From contig NC_092670.1 of the NCBI RefSeq assembly GCF_964355755.1, forward strand, positions 28,756,388 through 28,820,387: DNA of 64,000 nucleotides, read 5' to 3'. The DNA is from Antedon mediterranea (taxonomy: Eukaryota; Animalia; Echinodermata). The stretch's first letter is position 1, and every line of letters begins with the position of its first letter. The translations under genes and the position numbers were made by a program. Positions 26,501 through 38,964 of the stretch are shown here, piece after piece. Below the pieces are notes generated by a model. That model was not told the DNA's origin and did no database searches. It saw only the letters and a program-made list of their open reading frames with translations.

Positions 26501-27584
26501 GGAAGTTGCAATATAATAATATCATTGACCTGGACTAGGCTATATCGAGATCAAGGTCAACGAAACGTATATATTGTGAAACCGAAGAATTCCATTTAAT
26601 ATTTTAAAGTACTGTGATACAATAATTGCATTGACCTAGCTATATCTTTGTTCCAATCTTTTTTCATTTAATTCCTAATTTTTTACGCGACACTTCTGAA
26701 ATCGGAAATTATTACTTAATGTTAATTATAGGGTAATCCTTATAAGAGGTGAACAAGCATAATTGGTAATATAGTAGGGAAGATAATTAATTGGTTACTA
26801 AACAAGATGGCCCACAACATTCAACCTGAAACAAAGATTATGTGAGACATATTTATATGAATATTTTGCTGTCGAGTTATTTTAGGCCTACATGAGTATA
26901 GGGTAATTCCATCTCAGATCACCCAATGAGTTAAACCCTACCTCTTCCAATTTTGATGAAATTTGGTATATGGGTGATTCATAGCAATTAAAGCCAAAAT
27001 TTCAAATTTTAACTTTATCGGACCAACGGTTTTCGAGATATCGCAATTTCAATTTTCGGTTTTTACGCAAAAAAGGGCGCGTCCGCCACGTTTCAAAGAA
27101 CATCTCGGGAACTATTGGTTCGATTTTAAAAGCAAAGGTATTTTTGTAAAGGGGAGACCATAAGGAATCTAAATATACTAATTATGTGTGTTTTATGTTA
27201 ATTTTAAGTTGAATAAAACTTTGACATATATTTTGACCTTAAAATTGACCCCGTGGAACACGCCCGATTTGTTGGTGACTATCACGAAAAATGTAGCCTA
27301 CGTGTCAACTACAACATATAAAAAAATTGGAGGGTTTTTTTTCTTTGTTTCCATGAAATTACAATTTGAAGTTGACATACCTCTTCCTTTTAGTGTATTT
27401 TTGGTGTCTGTCCATGCATTACTTCAATGTCAATTTGATGTATTCCAAAAATAATTTTATTTACAAACTAAATATTATTATAATGTTACAATTGTCTATG
27501 TCTGGCCTTTACTCCTTGTCATCTGGCCAATTCAAACAGTATTTAGAAATGTTGTGGCGATCATTTTGGGAAATACTGTAATTC

Positions 27585-28715
27585 CTAGTCGAAGAGGATT
27601 TTATAAACGGACAGGCTTATAATACAATGTACATTTGATTCAGGAATCCAACAACAGTCTTCTTTGGACGGCCAATAAAAGGTTTTCGCTGGCCCATGAG
27701 GATGCATAAATTTAATTTGATAATCCCCAAACTCTTTTGAGACATCCACAACCAAACCAATCCATGGGACACCATCATAACTACAGCACACAGAATTCTG
27801 AAGTCTAATAATGGTGGGTTGTGTTTCAGCAACAATTTCATTTTCATCACTGAAAGATTCTTGAATCACTACCACATCCGGAGGGTTTATCTGGGTACTA
27901 AGTTTGTAGACCTGCATCTGTGCCAGAGAAACAGGAACAAAGCGATGATATTGTAATGTACCCTTGATGGTCTGGGCGAGGTTGAATCTCGGCTTTATTT
28001 CTTTTTCCACAGTAGATACCTCATCTATTCCCACATGAAAAAAGTTGATGCCTGGAATGTCCATATGAGCGAGTCATATGGCCGAGCGGTTAAGGCAGGG
28101 GCGCCGTTTACCGTACCTAAAGAGCCAAGAACAACATCGACAAGGGTTCGAGGCCGACTCGCTCCTAGTTCTGGTGGTGGAACAAGTCTTCTCGGATAAA
28201 GACTATAAACCGTAGGTCCAGTGTACACAGTTATAACCTGTGTGTACTTTTAGCCCCTGTATCAGGGGGATTACCACCTATCTGATAGCACAGTGATTAA
28301 TTTACTATTGGTAATCCTTGGCCACATTGCCTAAAGACATAAAATAAAAATTAAAAATTACACAGTAGTCGAACATACTGAGAGATGTGAGAATATGACA
28401 TTCAGTCAAACGCTGTAAGCTTCTCTTAGTGACAAGCCTCTTAACTGTTCCACCTATGCCATCACATGCACTCTTGCCATGTGATGTAGCGAAAAAATTC
28501 CACTCGGCGTCTAAACCAAAATCTTCCTGGTGGTGGCAAAGGTTAATAAAGTTATATTTGTTTTTGTATTGGCTGCCACATCCATCTGTGAAATAATGAA
28601 CTTTTTTCATGGTTGGTAGTTTTGTTTTTAAATAGGGAATGACAACCTTTAAAAAGGCATCAGTAACTGTTGTATGTTCTCTGCAATCACTTATTATGCA
28701 TATGTTAATGTGCAT
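27585..28715 (-). pseudogene. Sola2-type transposase fragment interrupted by a SINE
   Basis: HYFTDGCGSQYKNK, WNFFATSHGKSACDGIGGTVKR; C-terminal IKGTLQYHRFVP and FMHPHGPAKTFYWP. Confidence 0.85.
28067..28345 (+). mobile_element. tRNA-derived SINE with Deu/Nin-like central domain
   Basis: A box TGGCCGAGCGG, B box GGTTCGAGGCC, then ctcggataaagactataaaccgtaggtcc; splits the Sola transposase. Confidence 0.75.
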
Positions 28716-30241
28716 AATAACATAGTAAGGACACTAAACTATGTGTCAAAATTGATTTGAAAAGTATGTGAGTTACCCAGTATTTCTCATATCAAAATAT
28801 ATCTACTGTTTAAGTGGGCCTGATGAGAAAGCGTAACAATAAGACACCTTAACAGTTAGTGTTCACACTGTGTATAAGTATAACAACACCAAAAATACAC
28901 TAAAAGGAAGAGGTATGTCAACTTCAAATTGTAATTTCATGGAAACAAACAAAAAAAAAACTCCAATTTTTTTATGTTGTAGTTGACACGTAGGGCTACA
29001 TTTTTCGTGATAGTCACCAACAAATCGGGCGTGTTCCACAAGGTCAATTTCAAGGTCAGAATATATGTCAAAGTTTTATTCAACTTAAAATTAACATAAA
29101 ACACACACAAGTAGTATTATGTCGTATGGTAGTTAATCGTACGATCAAACGGTACTGGGTATGATCAACTAGCGTTCGTGTTCCCACCTAATCATCCATT
29201 CATAGAAGTACTGATGAAGATATCAATCTGTGGCGACAATAGAATGGACCCGAGACCTGGCTATCTTCGACTTTTAAATAATAGAAAGTTTAGAAAATTT
29301 TTTGTTAGACTAGAAATGTACGTTGTATGTATATAGAAAAATGGTTGTAGTTTTCAAAATTACGTTGTATAAGTTTTCAAAATTACGTTGTATAAGTTGC
29401 GATGTGAAAAACTGTTATTTGATCGTTAGTTGTCGTGTACATAAAGCAAAAACATAAATATAATAAAATAAAATAAATTAAAAATTGTTAGTATAACTTA
29501 AAAAAAAAAAAAGTAAAGATATAAGGAAGAAAAGCAAAGAGATCATGGAGCGGCTGTACCAGAATATACAACACTAAGTATTGTAAAGTTAAAACTAAAA
29601 AATTAGGCGATCTTGTCAAAGGTCAAGCGCCTTCAGCCTGCCACGTTTCGATATTCAATATTGAACTTGACCTGACGTGGTTCCACAATTTCTTGTTATG
29701 AAAATGGTAGAGTGTAGATAAATAATATTGATAATTATTAATTAAAAATATTTTGTTATTAAATATTATAATATTCAAAAAGTCTTGGTCTATATTAAAA
29801 AGTCTCACCTTCTTAAATATAAATTTTGCTTGAAGATTAAAATGGTATTCGTTTCAGTTTTGGTTTCAGTATAGATACGTTTCTTGTTTAAAAGTTGCTA
29901 GACCTAGATAATTATACCGTCTTTTCTTGTCTACTTGACTGTTATAAATGTTATGTTTGAAAGTTGCAAGTTCGAAAGTTTGGTGTGTGCGCGTGTTAGA
30001 ATGTATCTTTATATTTAGGTTCCTTATGGTCTCCCCTTTACAAAAATACCTTTGTTTTTAAAATCGAACCTATAGTTCCCGAGATACAGCTCTTTGAAAC
30101 GTGGCGGACGCGTAAAAACCGAAAATTGAAATTGCGATATCTCGAAAACCGTTTCATCAAAATTGGAAGAGGTAGGGTTTAAAATTCCATTTTTTGGGGT
30201 GAACTGAGATGGAATGACCCTATAATAAAAATGTCCTTTAC

Positions 30242-30340
30242 CTGGTAACTGGTATCCAAACCAAATTTACTACGCACGAATTTCTTTAGATGTTTGATTG
30301 TCACAGCGGCTGCGCAACGAAGATATCGAAGATCTACAAG
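30242..30340 (-). CDS. BMI1: BMI1-like coding exon 6 (RAWUL)
   Basis: LVDLRYLRCAAAVTIKHLKKFVRSKFGLDTSYQ resembles BMI1 [21 protein letters not shown]; aaatag/gtaaag; 99 nt. Confidence 0.95.
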
Positions 30341-30686
30341 CTATTTAGATAGAAAATACGTTTACAAGAAAGAGTACAATAGTAGTATAATAAAAGGTTG
30401 TTTTGTGTAAAAAGCATTTTTCAATAACGATCCATTAAATGATATCATAATAAACACAATTATAAGCCTGAACATAATAACAATCAACTAACACTAATTG
30501 GTATTAGATAATGCAGTAAATTAATTTTATATTACACGACCAGCTGATATCGACCTTGCCTCCTCCATTTATAAGAAATGATGAAAGTTCTCTTTTCTAT
30601 GCTAAATGATGATAGATGAAGATTACTATAGGCACGATAGTTTATGTAAACAATATATTTTTTTATTATACTAATCTAACACAAAC

Positions 30687-30928
30687 CTCGCCTTCTCCTG
30701 TCCCATTGGTGTTACTGTGCCGTCGTTTTCTCTCTGCCGACTCTTCTGCTGTCTTATCTTCGTCATTGTCTGGTTTATCCGCAAGCGGTGGAGGTGGATG
30801 CGGTGGTGCCACACGCGGCAGGCGGTACTCCATCGATAAGCTAATATCTTCATCATCAGTGTAAATAAAAAGTGATTCAATTCCTAGTTCTCCGCGTTCC
30901 TCACGTGCATTAGGTGGTAAAGATCTCC
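30687..30928 (-). CDS. BMI1: BMI1-like coding exon 5 (linker, RAWUL start, Pro-rich insert)
   Basis: RSLPPNAREERGEL...YTDDEDISLSMEYRLP...GEGE resembles BMI1 EDRGE...TDDEIISLSIEF; ttttag/gtttgt; 242 nt restores phase 0. Confidence 0.9.
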
Positions 30929-31654
30929 CTAAAAAAAGTAACAAATTTCATTACGAGGGGCGGTGCTGATGTGAAATTATTCATTGCTAAAGTACAGCTA
31001 CGCTGAAGAATATTATCTATACACGTGACACAAACACAACCCCTGCAAACTAAGTTATAGGAGATATATTACCGTAGTTTTCTGAACGTAAACTGGTAAA
31101 CTATACACATCATCTCAAGCCTCAGTTTTATAAAGCTCACCGTTGACGATACCCATATAATTACTTACGCTAGATCCCTTGAAGTTAATTGAACATAATA
31201 ATAAACAATAGACCGCGCACATGTCAAATGAAAACGCCAAGTAAATACCAACTCGCTCATTAAATTTACTGTTTAAATCATCAATGATGTGGTGGTCCCA
31301 ACCCAATGACTGTCTCTAAACATAAACAATGTATAAACATATATGTGTCACTAAAGCAATAACGCACGTCCACCAGTTTACATTAACGCGTTTTCGCGTG
31401 CGCTCAATGTTTACCACCGGTCTGAATTGAACTCATTTCTATCAAAATGTATCGCACGCTACGTCCAGCCAACCAAACCAATGATTTTATGTCATGAAAA
31501 AAAGAGAAAAGAAATGCAAAATGTCCCTCAATGAAAACGTTTTAACACTGATTTCCATACTATATTATATAAAGTCCAATTAAATGACGCAGAAACACAT
31601 AGGCCCATTTAAATATTACGAGTAACAGTTCCTATATGATGTAAAACTGTATAA

Positions 31655-32305
31655 TTTACCTCCGCCAAGGATGTATATGTAATCGGTAGCGTGTGTTTGT
31701 TTGTTTGTTTGTTAGCAGGATTACTCAAGAAGTAATTACAAGATATTTACCAAAATGAATATACAGATAGATATGTGGTCAAGGACCATTCCATTTTGGG
31801 ACCATTTGGAACCATGGTCCCAATTCTGGACCACTTTTTGAGTATCCTTTTCAGACCTGCTAGTGTTAAAGATAGGACAGAATTTTTCAAAAGCCGGCGA
31901 GCAGTATTTAAGTAACAAGTAAACTGAAATTGCATTTTCTCGAGAACTACTTGTCCAAAAAACTTCATTTTTGTACAAGAGGCAAGAGTTATAATTTGTG
32001 ATTTGTAATTTTAAAACATAATTTGTTTAATGTGCACCTTTTTTTATGCGAGTAATTTAATTAATTAATTTGAAACGATAAAGATGAGGAAATCTGTGAG
32101 AATGAGAAAAAGTCGCACCAACCGAGACTCGAACTCGGACCGCCTGCTTGATATGCAGATGTCCTAACCATTAGACCACTGGGGCTTTCATGGTATTGTT
32201 CGAACTCGATATATATATATATATTTTTTTTTTTACCGGAGAAATCTTATGTAGGAGAATTTTACAGTAGGCGGAGGTATGCACTCTCGGAGTGGCTTTC
32301 TAGTT
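31655..32305 (+). mobile_element. Helentron/DINE-like non-autonomous element
   Basis: ttacctccgcc start, (GTTT)n tract, ggcggaggta inverted subterminal repeat, hairpin cactctcggagtg, CTAGTT end. Confidence 0.8.
32114..32185 (-). tRNA. tRNA-like cloverleaf (anticodon ATC) in a dispersed repeat; functionality doubtful
   Basis: GCCCCAG/TTGGTGC acceptor (one mismatch), GTCT/GGAC D stem, TCTGC/GCAGG anticodon stem, CCGAG-TTCGAGT-CTCGG T arm, TTTTT 3 nt downstream. Confidence 0.6.
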
Positions 32306-32414
32306 GAAGAAGCAAACAAAAAAGTTAAGAATTCTCGTTACAACAATGCACTCTAGTACCAAATATAAAGCATGGTTTGAGTTTGGCATACTTATTGCGC
32401 AAACGTTGACTTAC

Positions 32415-32462
32415 TTGCATCTGGATTTGAAGCAAAGTATTCCCGTCTTCGACCCATTTCAT
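32415..32462 (-). CDS. BMI1: BMI1-like coding exon 4
   Basis: (N)EMGRRREYFASNPDA resembles BMI1 NEMKRRRDFYAAHP; ttgtag/gtaagt; 48 nt. Confidence 0.93.
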
Positions 32463-32498
32463 CTACAAAACAATACATACAGAATAATTGATTAATAT

Positions 32499-32760
32499 GG
32501 TAAGTTATTCTTCCTCGGTCACATTTGCCTCATTTGAATACACGGTCACAGTCAATTGACGTGACTATCTCAACCAAAATATTTGGTCGCGTGGTAAAGG
32601 GTTTACTCTATAACACTGGAACCCTGGGTTCGAGGTCTATCAATAGCGTGTTTTTTTGTAATAGTTGGGAGAGATTATTTAGAGGGTTAGGTTAAGTACA
32701 TTTAGGAAGGTAATCTCTTCTTCTGTCTAGGCAAATGTGACCGAAGAAGAAGAGATTACC
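32499..32760. mobile_element. Mutator-type MITE
   Basis: TIR ggtaa..tcttcctcggtcacatttgcct / aggcaaatgtgaccgaagaaga..ttacc; exact 9-bp TSD GATTAATAT. Confidence 0.85.
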
Positions 32761-32874
32761 GATTAATATAGCCTAATTGTTCGTATTTTCAAATATGGCA
32801 AAAATGTTGTTGTTTTAATCAATTTCTATTTTAAATTGTATTTGACCGTCAAGAAAGTGCAACTTCATTTATTT

Positions 32875-35655
32875 AATAATAATAATAATAACAGGATTTT
32901 TATAGCGCACATACCACTCAAGAGTGCTCAAGGCGCATTCAAAAAAAAATTAAAACAAATCAAAGAAATGCCTGACAAATAAAATGCAATTTCTTTGGAG
33001 GGTCCCCATCCGTTCTGAGACAACAACCAAGACAGAGGCACTCCAAAGATAATGCTGGTCAGGAAAAAGTATACTATAAATTCTAGAACTTTAAGAAACC
33101 TCATGATTTCCATATGCCTTAATGAATAAATGTGTTTTTAATAATTTTTTAAAAGTATCAACAGTTTTGCAAAATCTGATAGAGCTCGGTAGAGCATTCC
33201 ATAGACGAGGAGCAGTAACGGTGAAAGCTCTGTCTCCCCATGAGTGGTGAGACTTAGGTTGATGTAGAAGCAGCGTATCGCTAGAACGCAGATTCCGTCT
33301 GGGAACATACAGCCTAAGCATGTCAGAAATATATTCAGGGGCCATGCCATTAATAGACTTAAAAAACATAGAGTAATAATTTAAAAACAATGCGGTACCT
33401 AACAGGAAGCCAATGCAAAGTTGCCAAGGTATTTGATATGTGCATATCTTGGTAGTTTTTTAACAACTCGTGCCGCTGTATTTTGAATCAGCTGAAGCCT
33501 GTGGAGTTGTTTTTGTGGGAGACCAAATAACAAGGAGTTACACATATCGAGACGCGAACTAACAAATGCATGTACAAGCTGCTCAGCAGCTGCACGATTT
33601 AAGTATTTTCTGATGCCTCGAATATTTCTTAAATGGTATGACGATGCAGACGTAATTTTAGAAATATGAGCCGTCATTGTCATATTAGAATCCAGAATTA
33701 CACCAAGATTTCTAACTTGTGTAGTATTTTTAGTACAAAAGTTACCAATGGAAACCCTCCTAGATGGAATTTTCTCTAATTGTTGTTGCGAACCAAATAG
33801 AATGTACTCAGTCTTATCATCATTAAGTTTTAACAAGTTTTTGGCCATCCAGACACGAATTTCAGAGATACATTTTTCAAGCAAATCAATTGATAATTCA
33901 CTCTGTCATGGTTTAAACGATATATATATATCTGAGTGTCATCAGCGTAAACATGATAGCTAAGATTATATTTCTTAATGATATCACGAATAGGATATAC
34001 ATAAATTGTAAACAATTGTGGACCTAACACAGATCCTTGCGGAACAGAGTAATTTAAAGTGGTAGGTTGAGAGATTACCTCTCTAATACAAATGTGTTGA
34101 GGTCTGTCCTCCAAGTATGATTGACACCATCTTAGTGCACATCCCTCAACACCAATATAAGCATGCAACCTCTCAATCAGAATACTATGATATACCGTAT
34201 CAAACGCAGCACTCAAATCTATATACGCTGATTGAAACGGGTCAAGTAAAGAATTATCCTTTACATGTGATAGTATACGTTTAGATACCACTTTTTCAAT
34301 TACTTTTCCAAGAAAAAACAGATTTGATACTGGTCTGTAATTGGATAGCTTTTCAGGATCAAGACCCGATTTCTTTAATTGAGGACGTATGTGCGAGATT
34401 TTACAAATATCTGGGAAAACCCCAGTTTCCAAAGACAGATTAACGACACGTGTAATTAGTGGAACAAAAACAACAGCATTTCTCTTAATTAACAGAGTAG
34501 GAACTGGATCAAGACTGCAAGATTTAGCAGGCGAGTTTTTGACAATTTCAGAAATTTCTTTTTCACTTGCAGGTTCAAATTTACAAAGGGAGGGACAATT
34601 ATAATTTTCACAGCATACGTCGTTATTAAAGTAATGAGACAAACTTCCAGCACTATCTTTAACAAGAAGTTTACGAATATTAACATTTTTATTTTTTTTA
34701 AATACGGAAAATCTTTCAGCAAGCAACTCATATGAGTGAGAAAATGGAAGCACCGACGATTTAGAACAGTGTAAAAGATTGTTTACAACTTTAAACAGCT
34801 TCTTCTGATCACCTGAGCAATCTTCGACCAGATCAGAATAATATCGTTTCTTAGCACTTTCAACAAGCATATTAACAATACACCGCTGATGACAATATTT
34901 CTGTCTATCTAAGGTATTTTTTGATTTCATCCATTTTCTCTCAAATACGCGACGGAGTTTTCTCGCAGATCTAATTTCATCAGTATACCACGGTTTTGAT
35001 GAATTTAGTTTGATACATTTTGTTTTTAAAGGTGCGTGTTTATCCATAACTTCTCTTAAAGAGCAGTATCTTTCAATATTTTCTTGCAAAGTACCATCAT
35101 GCATATCAGACAACCGAGCTTGTATGTCATTTGAAAATATTGTTGTATCAATACTGTTTATATTTGGGATTTTAATTTTAGATTTAGGAAGAGGTGGTTT
35201 CTTGAAGTCGAGACTACAAAGTATAGAAAAATGATCAGAGATACCCGGTTTTACAGTGATCCCCGAGATCAGAGAAACATCTCTAGTAATAATGAGATCA
35301 AGACAATGACCACCATCATGCTTAGGTTCATTTACATGCTGTATAAGATTGAAAGACTGCAATAGACGATTAAATTTATTTGCAGCGATATTCTCATTTT
35401 TATCAATGTGGATATTAAAATCACCACAAAAAATTACTTCTGATGGAATAATGAGATAATCAAAAGTCATATTTTCAAATTCATAAAAAAAAGTCGGTGA
35501 CAGACAAACTCGGTGGTCTATAGATACAATATAAATTGTTTTTGAACTTAATGTAAACTGTAAATGTATTGACTCAAATGAAGAATAAACATTAACATCA
35601 TTTTTCATATTAACACTTAGACTAGATTTAAATAAAATTCCAACCCCTCCACCGA
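32875..35655 (-). mobile_element. L2-clade LINE, 5'-truncated, frameshifted
   Basis: GDFNIH, LDLII, SDH, NYRPVSNL, DLSAAFDTV, VPQGSVLGP, YADDTQIY, SRLDMCNSLL, GDRAFTVTAPRLWNALP; 3' stem-loop gcgccttgagc...gcgctata and (ATT)n tail. Confidence 0.93.
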
Positions 35656-35665
35656 TTTAATATAC

Positions 35666-35729
35666 AGTACTCCGGATTTTTCAGCAGTATTATGCAGTAC
35701 TCCGGATTTTTCAGCAGTATTATGCAGTA
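35666..35729. repeat. 30-bp tandem duplication at the L2 5' junction
   Basis: cagtactccggatttttcagcagtattatg occurs twice. Confidence 0.85.
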
Positions 35730-35859
35730 ATTGAAAACTAACTCTTCTAATATAAACATACAAATACATATTGAACTTCACTTCGCTTTTTGACCAACAG
35801 TAGGTAAAATCACTCTATTGGTTGTGCTTGTGAAAACTGGTGGTTTTGAAAATACTTAC

Positions 35860-35915
35860 TTTTTAGAAGACTTGGAACCAATTTGTATACTAGACTTTGT
35901 AGAGTTTTGTCAGCC
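35860..35915 (-). CDS. BMI1: BMI1-like coding exon 3
   Basis: (R)ADKTLQSLVYKLVPSLLK matches the PCGF DKTLQDIVYKLVP motif; caacag/gtaagt; 56 nt. Confidence 0.95.
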
Positions 35916-36977
35916 CTGTTGTAATAAACAAGATATTTACATTTCGATGTATACGGTAACCGCATGTAAAAATAAGTATTTATAACAATGATAAAATGAT
36001 AGTGTATACAAAACCTGCGCAATAAACGTCCACCCAACGGCGCAGATCCCGGGGGACGAAGGGGACATATCTACTCCACCTATTTTTAGGCGGGACGGCC
36101 CCCTCGCTTTTGGACGGAAAACCCCAGAATTTGTATTTTTGCTGTAGTGTTGATTATGAGTGCAATTTTCAGCCTTTAGAGGTGTAATTTTCTCAAAAGA
36201 AAAAACCCTGTCTACTTGGCAATTTTTAATCATCTGAAAAATAATTACCAGTATCGTTAAATGTGTTTTGGTCGTCGAAATTTGCGCATGCGACTGCAGC
36301 CATGTATATGGCCTTGATGATGAATAATATGACAGATTTGGTTGGTTTTTAAAATACAGACCATATTTTCCATTAGTGTATGTTGGGGAGAAAAATAGGC
36401 GAACATACAAATCCAAATGTACAGTCAAATTGCTGTCTTGACATCGAGTTACGCCTACTTAAGCAGATTCTCTTCGGATGTACGTTTTTTTTTGCTGATG
36501 AAGCCTGGGAATTCCCCTTCTAAAGCACGCGCATCATCGTACCACAGCGTAAAGTCATACCACTGCAAACGATTAATTAATGCCATAAGCTGCATATTTA
36601 CTAAGTTGCACACGAAGTTAGATGATGATGATTAAAAAATTGAAATACGGGCCAATTCAGGGTTGTGGGCCAATTCAAAATACGGGACAATCACCTCGGA
36701 ATCGGGACAGTTGAAATGTTCTCGTAAATCGAATGAAACGACTTAAAATTTCTCAGAGACCCTTGGTGGCCCCAGCCAAACATTGACATGATATGAAATT
36801 GATATGAAATTAAGTTTCGAGTTGGCCCTAAAGCTATCAAGACGGTGCCGTGCTGTATTTATTGTATATTCAATATATTTTCCATTATTTGACAAACAAC
36901 AACGTCCTCCATCCAAGTGTGAATGCAGCTTATCACTCTTCTCTTGCACTAAATATCGCTTAATGGTCTGACTTTAC

Positions 36978-37074
36978 CTTATATTTAAGAGAGGTCTTGT
37001 CTTGTGTACTTGTACATCACACATCGGGCATTGGTTAGTTTTTTGCAAGAATGGTACGATACACGTCCGACAGA
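36978..37074 (-). CDS. BMI1: BMI1-like coding exon 2 (RING C-half)
   Basis: [33 protein letters not shown]; tttcag/gtaaag; 97 nt, phase-compatible. Confidence 0.96.
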
Positions 37075-38964
37075 CTGAAATACAAATGTATTGCTTAATT
37101 ACAATGTTTACCATGCAAATGTAGGCCTACTTTAAATGATTAAACGTTAGAGTTTTGGTTCAGCATAACCGCTAGGAAGTAAACTTGTATCTCAGCGGGT
37201 TTTTCATCGGTACTAAATTGATGATATTTCAGATGATGTGTTTCATTGCATTATCTGAGGTACCGATCGATAAAAAAAGATTTCGAGATCATTGGGGCTT
37301 CTGCAATTCCAAAGCGCTAAGCCAGATGGTACGTTTTCAGTGCTGTAGTTCTCTTAAAGATTAAAACTATGGCGTACTGTACTGTATTTAATAATAGGCT
37401 TTAATTCATTTTCATGCAAAGATAATAAATAAAATAATAATATATAAGATAATAAGAACTACCACACAGTGCGCTGTTGTTAATATATACTAGAACTGTT
37501 GGTGTAAACAATATCAGTTATTAACTCCGGGGCGGATGCAGGGATGTTGCCCCAGTTGCTCGGGCAACACCCTTAATTTCATACTAAATTTTTTTTTCGG
37601 CCACTGATTAAATTTAGATCCCATTTCATCATATATTAACCATTAACGTTATAGAAGTCTAGGGTTGGAAGAGCATGTATGTAAACTGACAGACTGTAGC
37701 GTAAAATTATCCAGCAGTCAACAACAATACCGCGCACACGTATTTAATTTTTTTAGTTATGTTTCTGAACATGCTCAGAATGATCTTTTGACTGTTTTTA
37801 TTTTTTGTGCGACTTAAAAAGGTACGGAAAGGCCACCACACACTGTGTTCGTGGAAAACCCCGTCATATGGGTCATTGATGATTTGTCCATAATTATTGC
37901 ATTTTTCCGGGAATGATTCCCCATAATTTAAGTATAACCGTAGTACCCTATTTATCTTTATGAAACATGGTTCAATAAATAATAAAATCTTCATTTCCCT
38001 ACGTCCGTAATGTTGGGCCAAATTTTCGTAGTAAGTACGGACGTCACGAACTTTGAAATAACAGTTTAATTCCTTCTTTCTACAAATGTTTATTTTCTTT
38101 TCTAGATTGTGGTTTAAGCAACACTGTTGTACAGTTTATAGTGGATAAATGAACATGAATTTTGGAAATTGTGGTTTTACTGACGTATTTAGGCGTATTT
38201 CAAAATAATACAATTCAACGTTTTGCTCAATATCTTTAGGCAGCAACAACTTCACATTTTTTGTCTAACTTTTTAAAAAATATTAGTTGATAAAAATAAT
38301 AATTAATTTGTATTATTGATTATAACTTGCTAGAATTTATTAGCTTACCGGAAGTACGTTCGTATTATTTGGCCATTTAAAAAAAAATCCCTGTACTATA
38401 ATAAACGCCAAAAAAATGTTATCCTTAGTCGCGTGTGTTTTACCGGTGGAAAAATAGGCGGGATAAATACGATGGTATTGCTGTTTTCAATCCCAATATA
38501 GAGTCATGTCATTTATCGTGAATTTATGGTTCGGGCGAACCTCCCCCTTTACAGCCAATCCCCTTAACCGACTGCGAATCCCCATCCCCGACATGCCCAA
38601 TACCCTCACCTCATCTCTTAAAATCCTCAAAATACGTGCCTTACAATACAAATAGTTATTCGTAAATTAAATACATTAAAAAAAAATCGTAAACTCGTTC
38701 GTATAACTCATACCTTCTTTCCTGTATGAGCGTACTATACGTCAATCGATACGCGTCTGTAAAATTCTAAGAGTTGCAAATGAATTGCCGATTTTCACAG
38801 GAAAAATACGAATTTTTAGTCCCTGGATGTAACATGGTATTGACGCGTGTATCGAACAATGAACTCAGGCACGAACGATTCGTACAAAGGACACCGCGTA
38901 CCTAATGTTAAGATCACTGACAGTCAAGCCTGGGTGCAGTACAAATTTTGCGGGAAAAAAAGTA

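Larger units (their letters stand above)
26901..30220 (-). mobile_element. Sola2-like DNA transposon, internally deleted
   Basis: GGGTAATTCCATCTCAG...CTGAGATGGAATGACCC; 4-bp TSD TATA; about 500-bp TIRs (right arm split by an insert); transposase remnant inside. Confidence 0.85.

Noticed and set aside
29210-29275. CTGATGA as a hammerhead core
   Set aside because: No GAAA or helix III after the hairpin; same for 36496 and 28820.
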